Positions 28,730 through 38,479 of a stretch of DNA of 64,000 nucleotides are shown here, piece after piece. Under the pieces are notes generated by a model that was given only the letters and a program-made list of their open reading frames with translations, ran no database searches and was not told the origin of the DNA. Numbering within the stretch: the first letter of the stretch is position 1; each line of letters starts with the position of its first letter. The position numbers were made by a program, and so were the translations under genes. Origin of the DNA: Macrostomum lignano (lineage: Eukaryota); NCBI GenBank assembly GCA_002269645.1, contig NIVC01002721.1:82577-146576 (forward strand), written 5' to 3'.

Positions 28730-30940
28730 AACAATATGTATTAGGACGCAAAGGGAAGGCCCCTAGCGCGCACGCGCTCGCAGAACAGCTAGGTGGGAGG
28801 GGCAGGCAGCAGCAGCCTGAGGGATCAGCTCAAGCGCCTGCAGGTCAGCGATGAGGCAGTCCTAAAGGCAGTGGCCCAGCAGCATCTGACGGCGACGGCG
28901 CAGGGTATCTCTCAGGGACTTCTAGCGCGGGCCATCAGAGCGTTGGTCGGCAGGCGCTTCGGGTCCAGGGCTGGCTTTCGCAACTCGGTCAACGGCACAG
29001 CCTCCATGCCGTACAGGAGGATCGGCTCGACGGCCGCGCGGAACAGGCGCACCTTCAGGTCGTCTCCGGCAGCTGAATTGAAGACGTTCCTGAGGAGGTG
29101 CGCGGCGCGCCATAGCCTGATTTCTTCTGTAGGAGACAATCGCATTGGGATTCATTACCAGGGCGCCGAGATACCGCGGAAGTCCTCGCACACCTCGATG
29201 CGGTCTCCATTGGGCAGCTTAAGGGTTGGGACGGTATTCATGCCCACGTGCAGCGCCTCCGTCTTGTGAGCAATTACCAGCAGCCCAACACGGGCGCCCT
29301 CGTCGCAGAGCCTTGTGAGAGCTCGCTGGGCAGCAGCTGGAACGCGGCAGAGCAGTGCGATACGCGAGAGAGGGAAGCGAAACAGCAGGGTGTCTGGAGC
29401 TTCGGCGCGTGGACCCAGCAAGTAGCTGTCATCCTCGCGGAGGGCCCGACGAAGCACGTAGTGCATAACCACGGGGAAGAGCAGAGTAGCCAGCGTGTCG
29501 CCCTGAAGGACGCCTGCATGGGCTGGTGCCGAATTCTTCTGTGAGGCCATCGCTCGACATGACAAAAGCCCTGGAGTCGTGGTAGAGGTCCATCACCACG
29601 CTCACCTCGCTCACCACCGCAGCATGTACGCCATAATGAGATAGAAGCCACGCCTGGACACCGAGTCAAAGGCCTTGCGATCTAAGCGCCATCTGAGCGC
29701 CTGGGACACCCTCCTTTGCCGGAAAAGACAGGCGGTTTCACTTCATCTGCGTCTATGCTCCAACGGCTCCCCGGACCAGCGAAGATCCATCCGTGACAGA
29801 AGCCCTTTAGGACACTCTGGGCTGCATGCTTGATTCCATCCCTGCTCGTGACGATCTATCATTGTTGCTGGTGACTTCAACTCGCCATCCAGTTTTATCC
29901 AGGCCAGAGATCTGATGGCTGTCAATGGCACCATGCGACAGCGCTTCAGCAAGCTTCCAACTTTATTTGGCCCCAACGGGCGAACCACTCGGCTGGACTG
30001 GATTTTCTGCCCCGAGGTCCAGGGTGAGCAGAGTCCTCAACATCCGCCCCGACTGCGTTCAATCTGATCACCGCCTGATGGCATGCGACTTCGATCTGCA
30101 CTGGCAGAGACTCCCGTCTGCGCCACCTCACCCGCTCTGGGCCGACCTGAGACACCCGGACACGCGGCAGGCCTTCCTACTGCTTGCCACTACTCCTGCT
30201 CTAGCGCAGTCCTTCGAGTCTTTCCATCACGCCGTCGAGGATGCTGCAGCGCTTCTCCCACGGAGGCAGGCAAACCCTCCAAAGGCCCTGTGGGACCGCA
30301 ATCGCATCATCTCCCAGGCAAGGCGGCATGTGCAGAGCACTGCTGCACTCCACGGCCGTGACAGCAACCAGGCCAGTGCTGCCAGGGACGAGCTGCAGTG
30401 CATCTACGCCCAGCGGACTGAAGCCTGCCTGCATCAAAGAAGCTGTGAGCGAAATCCAACTCGCCACTGACAACTGCCGCCATAGTGCTGCCTGGAGAGC
30501 CATCAACCAGCTGACTGGCAGGAAGCCCAGGCCTAACACCATTGTTGGCGCTGATTCCACCGAGCACCGCAAGGCCCTGCTGGCCACCCACTACCGCGAG
30601 GTGCTCAACGCGCCCGCTCCAACTGCGCCTCTTCTGCCGATCCCAGCTACTTCGCTCCAGCTCAGCCAGGCCCTTCAACACCGGCCCCCATCACCGTAGG
30701 CGTAGTTGACCGAGCACTGAGGACCATGCGAGCTGATGCTGCCGCTGGGGTGGACGCCGTCCCTCCCAGGGTCCTGAAGCTGCCCGAGCTCACCCCAATC
30801 TTCACCAACCTGATGAACAAGCACTGCAGCCTTGGAGGCAACGAGGCCGCCTCCTGCCCAGCCTCAACCAGCTGCTGCTGAGCTTCCAAAGCGGCTTCTG
30901 CCCGGACAGGTGGACAGATGAGCAATTCACAGTATTCCTT
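28730..30940. mobile_element. RTE-like LINE copy with inverted 5' part (3' RT half on - strand 28730-29683; endonuclease-to-RT half on + strand ~29685-30940)
   Basis: - strand: RKAFDSV...GVLQGDTLA...LFRAAVEPILLYG. + strand: ICVY...GDFN...PTLFGPNGRTTRLDW...SDHRL...KLPEL...FQSGF...EQ. Both halves align with the uninverted copy at 49.3-52.2 kb. Confidence 0.85.
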
Positions 30941-31144
30941 CATCCATGACCGTAGCTACGAGTATGTACATTTTTATTTTTAGCTTTTGTTTAACACGCG
31001 AACTTCCATATAGTCTTTGATGTAAAGCCAGAATGCCAATGGGAAGCGAAACTTGTTAGTCTTAATTAACGAACCCAAAACTTGTGTTTGAAATCAAGAT
31101 CTTTCATCCCTCGACTTTGTCGTTTTTCGTTAAAAAGACCAATA

Positions 31145-31729
31145 ATGGTAAGCGCTTTTGCTTCAGTGACAAAACTGTATTGATGCCTGTATGTCTTCAT
31201 TCATTGACGCAATCAGTTTCAGTTTCAGGCTCAGCACAAGTTGCTGAAGAGATCAACAATATTTGCTGTCATCGTCATTCATCTATGCTTGATAATTACG
31301 CCATCAAACAAAGCCTTAGGCAGACGAAGAGATCAAGAAGAGTTGACCTACTGCAAAGGCAAAATGCGCTGGTGGGTCATAGTCAGACAGAGGGTGACAC
31401 TGTTCGCTAGCAACTTCGGCGGCGCCAAAGCTTACATGTATTTTAACAGGATTTTGCCTCCCAGTGGCTTACTGCAATGGCACAGTTATGAAATGAGACG
31501 CCATGTTGCTCCAAATATGGGCGCAGATGTGGTGTTCCTGGATAAAAATCACTACATAGTGCCAGCTTATAGCTACTATCGACTGCGTCGAATGGCCAGG
31601 CTTCGTAAAGGCTCATTCAACGAGATCAATGGTCACCTGCTGCTTGGTAGTCACGTTCACATGTACCATTACATGAGGTACGAATACACTACCGTAGACG
31701 GTGGCAGCTGTGGCGACACATTCACTTAG
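31145..31729 (+). CDS. Small secreted protein, family member B (exon 1 ends in ATG 31145-31147; exon 2 31229-31729)
   Basis: No in-frame ATG in the long ORF, but AATAATG|GTAAGC...TTTCAG|GCT supplies it (81-bp intron): MAQHKLLKRSTIFAVIVIHLCLIITPSNKALG-RRR...CKGKMRWW...LLLG-x17-GGSCGDTFT*. Confidence 0.75.
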
Positions 31730-33254
31730 TTCTCTGGAGATTGAAGAGCTCAGACCAGCTCGAACTGTCTAAATTTCTTCTGGGAGTCTTTCTTGAGTGC
31801 GCTTTGAGTTATTCGCAAAAAATACATTTAGTATATGAAAATTCAAAACTTTCAATTTTATTAACTCATTTTTGAGTTTCGATTGTTAATTTTCATTTGA
31901 TATAAAACGGATCAGTTTGGAGACACTTCGATTTTGTAGCTACTAGTTGTGTCAGACTTTTGCTGATATTTGTAGAGATTCATTAAGTGTTACATTTAGT
32001 ACTTATAATCTTATTATAGAAATAAGACCCCGTTTATGTCTTAGTCGAACGTTTTTTTAAGATTCTCTGTAAATTCAAAGCAGAAATTCCAGCCTCTAAT
32101 TGCAGTTGCCATCTCAATGCGGCGAACGCAAGGACTACTCTAAGTAACATAGGACTCGAAATCTATAGTAAATGTTTTGAAGGCAACTTCGCCAAAAAAT
32201 ACACTGCAGAGATAGGAGGTTTTAATTTTTTCAGCACAAACATTTTTATTGCTTTTGAAAGGAGGCAGATCCAGTGTTCATCTTTTGATATGTTGTGCCT
32301 TTCTTATTGCTCTATCGATATTCATAAAGCTTTTCGTTCAGAAATAGTTTTAAAGGCAGGTTTCACCGAAAAAATACACTACGGAGATAAGAAATTTCAC
32401 GATTTTCAACACTAAACCAGAGATTGGGTCTCTTAACAGTGTCAGAGAAAGTTCTAATCACACTATTTTGTGCCCCACATGCTGCTCTAACTACGGATTA
32501 ATCGATTTTTCTTGTTTAATAGGTCTTGTCATTATTTTAAACGTTTTTTTCAAGTGAATTAGATTTATAATTACTTGCTTAACATGTTGCAGATTGTACT
32601 TTTTGTTCGAGAAAATCATTTTTTTTCTCACAAAGGAGTCGGTATTCTTAATGCTACAGATTCTTACATGTACTGCTTTATTAAATTTGTGCAGGATCGA
32701 GGTCTGCGGTACCCTGACACAAAGCCTTCGGCGAATTCATTCAACAAAAGCACTGAATAAATTTTTGCCCATTCCGCTGACTGCTGAGTACACGATCACA
32801 CGGTGTGTTCAACGGCCCTGACCTTCTAATCGTCAGGAATGTACACTATACTCTCTGTGGAGACTGGCCCTCATTGTTGTAAAAAGCACGACAACCCCCA
32901 GGCGGATGTTGCCCTCCCCAGCATGAACACTTTAAATAAATTATCTTCAGACACTCGTTAGATAAACAATGAAAAAGTAGCATATTTTTCGAGATTTTAA
33001 AATTAGAAACTTGCAAACTAGAATAAAGTACGGGTCTTTCTAAAAAATGCTGTGATGGTCAGAAGTTGTTGCAAGAAACTGAAATAATGTTATAGCAGTG
33101 AGAGCATTCAACTCAAACTATTTGTTTATGGCATTTCCCTACAAGCAAGATGAAGCAATCGGTTGAAGTTATTTGCTTATAGTTAGATCAAATCGGAAGT
33201 TCAAATATTAGGAGACTATTGTCGTCATAATTAATCTTGGTAGCTTTTAGAAAC

Positions 33255-33740
33255 ATGGCACTGCGATCAAGCAGTTTGCTGCGAGTATTGCTGCTGCTCA
33301 GTCAAACATTCAGTTTTGCTTGGCCCACTGACACCTCAGTCAGGCATTGCAGAACGAATTCGCACTGGTTGAGATTTAACCTCATCAGCCTGGAGCTTTG
33401 GCCCGATCCGGCATCAATCTCGGCGCCAAAGGCGAGCCTGACCTATACAACAGTATTCAAATGGAGCAGCCTTGACGACAAGACCTACCTGAAATTGGAA
33501 CACCTCCCACTGCCAGATCCAGCCGAGATCAACGGAGTGTACTATTTTAAGCTGAACCAACGACAATACAGATCGGTCAGAAGAAGTCTCGCCAACTTGA
33601 CTGTCAGTTACAATTCGATGTCTGGGCAGGTGAATCGTTACCTGGAGTTCCCGATCGAAATCGGCAGTCAAAGATTTCAAAATTACTGGATTTCAATTAT
33701 GTACTTTTCGGCATTTGGCGGTGTATGTCCTCTCTGTTAA
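33255..33740 (+). CDS. Small secreted protein, family member C (~161 aa)
   Basis: MALRSSSLLRVLLLLSQTFSFA signal-like; CRTNSHWL...IEIG-x17-GGVCPLC*; TTTTAG acceptor 4 nt before the ATG. Confidence 0.75.
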   Translation: MALRSSSLLRVLLLLSQTFSFAWPTDTSVRHCRTNSHWLRFNLISLELWPDPASISAPKASLTYTTVFKWSSLDDKTYLKLEHLPLPDPAEINGVYYFKLNQRQYRSVRRSLANLTVSYNSMSGQVNRYLEFPIEIGSQRFQNYWISIMYFSAFGGVCPLC

Positions 33741-34059
33741 TTTTTTTGGGTTAATGCGCTCCATCTCGAGTGCTACTTAAAGTATATGACTTCTTTGCTG
33801 CAATCTGTAAACATACAATCGTATAGTCAGATATATTAGATATTTATATATATATATATATATACTCGTATAATGTAACATAATATATATTATGTTACAA
33901 GTCATTTCACCCCTCCGGGTGGCACCAAAATAAATTCACAAAACGTTCATTAAATAAGCTGCCAAGTTCTGAAGAATTTCTAAATAACTTTAGTAGATTA
34001 GCAATGCCCTCATAAAGTTTAGCCATTGTCTTATTTGTCTGAATGCTTGAAATATTGTA

Positions 34060-34252
34060 GCGGGTCGCCATCATAAAGCCGAAATATCATAACTCCGAAA
34101 ACCAAAATAGCGGTTTGCGTTGCTAACGCTGCCGGAGTTATGATTTTTCGGGTTTATGATATTTCAGGTTTATGGTATTTCGGGTTTATGATGGGCGTTG
34201 CTACATGTATATCGGTATTCGAAGTTGTGATTTTTCGGGTTTGTGATGCTCC
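34060..34252. repeat. Short palindromic element (ATCATAA..CCGAAA subrepeats and their reverse complements), probable MITE remnant
   Basis: CATCATAAAGCCGAAATATCATAACTCCG versus CGGAGTTATGATTTTTCGGGTTTATGAT. Confidence 0.45.
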
Positions 34253-34477
34253 CCATTGTGCTAGTTAAAAATCCATTTTGTTACACAGTCAATAAGCAAT
34301 ATTAAGTGAATATTATTGATAACTTTAAACATTTAACTATACCTTTACCAGTTTTGTGATGCCGTATGCAGTTAAGCGCTGCGTTACCCTTAGGTTAGCA
34401 ATAAAGGTTTAGTACAATAGCAGAATCTTCAACAGATAAACAAGACAACAGCACTATAACAAAAGTTCACCAACACT

Positions 34478-34875
34478 TTAGTTCCCCAGCACTTTAGTTC
34501 CCCAGCACTTTAGTTCCCCAGCACTTTAGTTCACCAGCACTTTAGTTCCACAGCAGTTTAGTTCCCCAGCACTTTAGTTCCCCAGCACTTTAGTTCACCA
34601 GCAATTTAGTTCACCAGCACTTTAGTTCACCAGCACTTTAGTTCCCCAGCACTTTAGTTCCCCAGCACTTTAGTTCACCAGCACTTTAGTTCCACAGCAG
34701 TTTAGTTCCCCAGCACTTTAGTTCACCAACACTTTAGTTCACCAGCACTTAGTTCACCAGCACTTTAGTTCACCAGCACTTTACTTCATCCGCACTTTAG
34801 TTCACCAGCACTTTAGTTCACCAGCACTTTAGTTCACCAAGCACTTTAGTTCACCAGCGCTTTAGTTCTCCAGCA
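34478..34875. repeat. Minisatellite, 16-bp unit CACTTTAGTTC[AC]CCAG
   Basis: About 24 tandem copies. Confidence 0.95.
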
Positions 34876-35330
34876 CCGATAAACTGAACTGGCTTTGTTG
34901 AAATTAAGTTCGACATTTCCCTACTTTACTGGAAAACCCATACTTAACGTGTCAAAAGCAAGTAGTGCAAGGAGTGCAAGTAGTGCAAGTCCCAATGCAA
35001 ATCCAGAGTGAAAAAAAAACACTTTTGCCAGCATTTCCACCGGTAGATATTCAACATTTATCCGCGCTTTTTGAGATATTGAGCAACACATGAGGATCTG
35101 ACATGGAGTAGTTCGTATCCAGATTTTAGGAAAATCAATGTCTTTGAACCATGAGCTCTATAGCATTGGGACACTCAGATAAAAAGTATCTGGACTTTTT
35201 ACCATTACGCCATATACTCGTAATGGAGCATTGGGGTGGCAAAGTGCCAAAATTACAAAGAAAAAGTCGAAAGCTACCGTCAATAAAATAGTTTTCATTG
35301 AAACAGTTAGTTATTTACCTGTTAGCGCAG

Positions 35331-36035
35331 TTATTTCAAGCAGATTGGACACAAGCCACCTTTTCTTGTATGGTATGTGTAGGACATATTCTTAATGCTT
35401 ACAGTGTGATAACCAAGAAATATCTTCACTTTCATTCTGACCACTTGACCGGACCAATCAATCAGCGAGATTCGCGCGTAACTGTCCGCCAGAACAAAGA
35501 AAATATTTTTCTTGCCGTTCATAAATGTCCGACCATTGAAAGAGCGCTTTTGTTCCAGACGCATTCGCTGCTTGGTGTAGCGCACCAACGTCAGTGTGGA
35601 GTGACTGTCGTCGTTCTGATTTGAAACTTCATAAAACTCCACGTAAGCTGCATCCGTATAGGAAATTTTGGATTTAACGTAGAGAACATGCGCAACGAGC
35701 ATCCAGTATTCGGTACCATCCTCACAGATCTCGTGCCCCAGAACATAACTAGCCGGCAGCAAGATGGACTGAGATACAATGATTGCCACCAGTATACGGA
35801 GTATTGTGATCATGGGCGACGACATCTGGGTGGATTGGTAAAACAATGGGTGGCTTATTGCCTATGCGCGTGAAGCTTTGAGGTAATGTCAGGCTATTTT
35901 AGTACATCGGCATGCGTTTATTGTCGAGTTTCAGGCTTATGGTAGACTATGGCATGTTGTTGAATCAGTAATACTTGTTAGACTTTGTTCTGAATTTCTA
36001 TTATTCTGCAACAGACAGAAGAGAAAACTTACCAT
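35331..36035 (-). CDS. Small secreted protein, family member D (exon 1 ends in ATG 36035-36033; exon 2 35825-35331)
   Basis: GCGATG|GTAAGT...CACCCAG|ATG TCG; ITILRILVAIIVSQSILLPASYVLG signal-like; CEDGTEYW...IFLG-x17-GGLCPICLK*. Confidence 0.75.
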
Positions 36036-36166
36036 CGCAAACAGCGGCACTGACCCTGGGTGTGTCTAAAAAGCCTAAGCATTGCTGATTCCTTAGCGTT
36101 GGTTTCTTTTAGAAGTTTACCCATAGAACATGTAACTTCAGCGCGTTTTTCCAATCTACTCTAATC

Positions 36167-36384
36167 CATGGATGAATGAATAGAATGGATTGCTATTCTG
36201 GCTCTGGCTATTTTCGTTTTTGACTCTTTTGCATCCGGTTCCCCACCATTTCGGTTTTCCGCCGAAAATTGTCTATGGCAATCATCAACCAATGAAAAGG
36301 CACGGTGGGGAACCGGATGCAAAAGAGTCAAAAACGAAAATAGCCAGAGCCAGAATAGCAATCCATTCTATTCATTCATCCATG
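36167..36384. mobile_element. hAT-type MITE (218 bp) with ~80-bp perfect TIRs
   Basis: CATGGATGAATGAATAGAATGG...CCATTCTATTCATTCATCCATG; exact 8-bp TSD CTCTAATC; explains the mirror-image ORFs at 36161-36390. Confidence 0.9.
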
Positions 36385-36564
36385 CTCTAATCTGCTACAT
36401 GGCAGGTGATTCCTTTAAATTTCAATCAAAAGTCTAATTTAAATTATAATTGAAAATGAAACTATAATTTAACAAAAGGCGAAAACTTTATTTTGTAAAT
36501 GAAGGAACAACTGAGGGAACGTAAAAGCTAGTTGAAATTCAATCCTTGCTAACAATCCCAAGGA

Positions 36565-37950
36565 TCACGTGAACACTCGAAGCAAAAACTCCACCCTGTT
36601 GCCTTCAATCAGGGTCTCAATGCGAGGAATGACAACATAATCGCCAGGTCGCAGACTTGCTCTTGAAACAAATTGTCTTTCCAACTCCGTTCCCGTGAAT
36701 CGCATCAAAGGTTCGCCTTCGGGCAACTTTCCCGGATAAATTTCAATGATTTTCTTGGCGAATTCCGAGCCATCAGGGTACAGATGGCGTCGTTCGCCCT
36801 CTTCCAAACTGATAATGACGTACGCCGACCCATCCGGATTTGCTGACGCACCGGAAACGGTAAAGCTGAAGCGGTCGTCATGATAGAACTCATCCGGACC
36901 CTGGTTCATCGTCCACGCTCCGTAGACCTTCTTGCCAGTCCACTCTGACCCGGTCACGCCGCAGTCTAAATTTCTGGCCAAATGAAGAATTTGAACGGAC
37001 TCAAACATTTGCACGAAATCAGACAACTCAATTGTAGTTTCACCTTCTGTAGCATTGGCTTGCAACTGGTACCAGTCGGATGACAAGCGGGTATATTCTT
37101 GATCTAGCAAAGCTCTTCTATAATCCAAAATCTTCACAACATCGATTGAACTGCCGTCCCGTGGAACCTGAGCAGTGCCGCTAATAATATAATGGCCTCC
37201 TGGCGGCAGGTTGGGCAATTTTTTCATGCATTTTTCAGCGTCATCGCTGCTTTCATTGCGTGCACAGAACGCTTCAACGATCAGTTCCCGTTTTAAAGCT
37301 GACTGCAATATTTTCAGTAAATCGTCCACCTTGATTTCTCTTACATAGATTTCTTCGCAAACTCCACCAGTGAGTAGTGGCAATAGCTCTAACGATGCGC
37401 AAGTTGGTACATCTTCGTATGAGCCGAACAGCTTGGCAAAAGCCTTCTCGAGTAGGCACAGCCAGAACTGGCCACGGTGAGTTCCGGAAAACGCTAGTTC
37501 CCCGTTTATAGTAGGGAGCCGATCGTCAATAGTGAGCTCAAATTCTTGGCCAAATTGGCGAAAGATGAAGCGAACAGAGCCGTCATAGTTCTTGCCGTGC
37601 AGTGTCTGACCCGGTGGAATAACGCTGTGTAAGAGGTCCTGCCGATTTCCGATTTGGGCTAGACATAGTAATAAGCAATAGTTGGCACTTTGACCTCTGA
37701 CGTTCGCGTTGAATCCCGACCCGACGTTAACGTCTCCGACCTCGAACAGTAGTGCTGTGCCATTTCCGGTCATTTCGTGCGGCCTTAGCCAGACTAAAGG
37801 TTTAGAATGGTATCTTCCTGATGTCGAATGGGCCTGATGCTCATCATCCTGTCCGGCATGTACAGAACTGTAATCGGCTGGAAATTCCGGATCTTTAAGC
37901 GGCTTTTCTCCGGGTTTCAGCTTTTTAACCGCTTTGAAAAGTCTCTTCAT
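36565..37950 (-). CDS. Intronless calpain-like protein, predicted catalytically inactive (461 aa)
   Basis: Paralog of 26682-28115 (DPEFP, WLRPHE, IDDRLP, CLLEKAFAKLFGSYE, LHLARNLDCGVTG, EFLLRVFT). The triad positions read RGQSANYC, PGGHY and ILDYRR. AATAAA lies ~75 nt after the stop. Confidence 0.85.
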   Translation of the reverse strand: MKRLFKAVKKLKPGEKPLKDPEFPADYSSVHAGQDDEHQAHSTSGRYHSKPLVWLRPHEMTGNGTALLFEVGDVNVGSGFNANVRGQSANYCLLLCLAQIGNRQDLLHSVIPPGQTLHGKNYDGSVRFIFRQFGQEFELTIDDRLPTINGELAFSGTHRGQFWLCLLEKAFAKLFGSYEDVPTCASLELLPLLTGGVCEEIYVREIKVDDLLKILQSALKRELIVEAFCARNESSDDAEKCMKKLPNLPPGGHYIISGTAQVPRDGSSIDVVKILDYRRALLDQEYTRLSSDWYQLQANATEGETTIELSDFVQMFESVQILHLARNLDCGVTGSEWTGKKVYGAWTMNQGPDEFYHDDRFSFTVSGASANPDGSAYVIISLEEGERRHLYPDGSEFAKKIIEIYPGKLPEGEPLMRFTGTELERQFVSRASLRPGDYVVIPRIETLIEGNRVEFLLRVFT

Positions 37951-38479
37951 TTTTTCAGTAGAGTTGGTTTAGTCAAACATACTGTCGTATCTACCTCGAT
38001 AAGACTAAGAGATAAGAATGAATAGACAACAAGCTTTTATCAAAATTTAGTCTATGGAAATGAGTATCACATTTAACTGGCGCTCGCTAAGGTCCCGGGT
38101 TCGATTCTGCAGTTTGCGAACGAAAACGTACCATTATACCAGTCAATCTTCAAACACAAGGTGTGTACCTGCCTGGCAATGAGATGAGCAATGAGCTAAA
38201 GTACTAAAACAAAATGCTAAGTTTGTCAGTAGCTACAATATTAAGATTCATTTTTCAGTTTACCGAGCATAATTATCAAACAGCCGCTTCAAGTCAGTAT
38301 AATTGACGCTACAAGCTAGATGTAAAATTGTCCTTGGTTGCTGCGAATGATTCTCCAGCAAACTTCACCGTTTCATCCTAGTGGTAACAGAAACGTCGGT
38401 ATGTTTAAAAAACGCTTGGCAACATGCCATCAGCTTACAACTCAGAAGTCACAGCTCGGGTTCTACAACTGAGGAGTCG

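Noticed and set aside
32575-32821. Short ORF with a hydrophobic start between members B and C
   Set aside because: Only ~56 codons from the plausible ATG, no family motif; not distinguishable from chance.
23737-36035. SL trans-splicing as the explanation for AG acceptors just upstream of the small genes
   Set aside because: Matching ATG|GTAAG cis donors lie 80-210 bp upstream for A, B and D. Trans-splicing to the first exon is not excluded but has no direct support.
36161-36390. Two near-identical small hydrophobic ORFs on opposite strands
   Set aside because: Artefact of the palindromic MITE.
38080-38115. tRNA-like B box (GGGTTCGATTC)
   Set aside because: No A box or cloverleaf; at most a SINE fragment.
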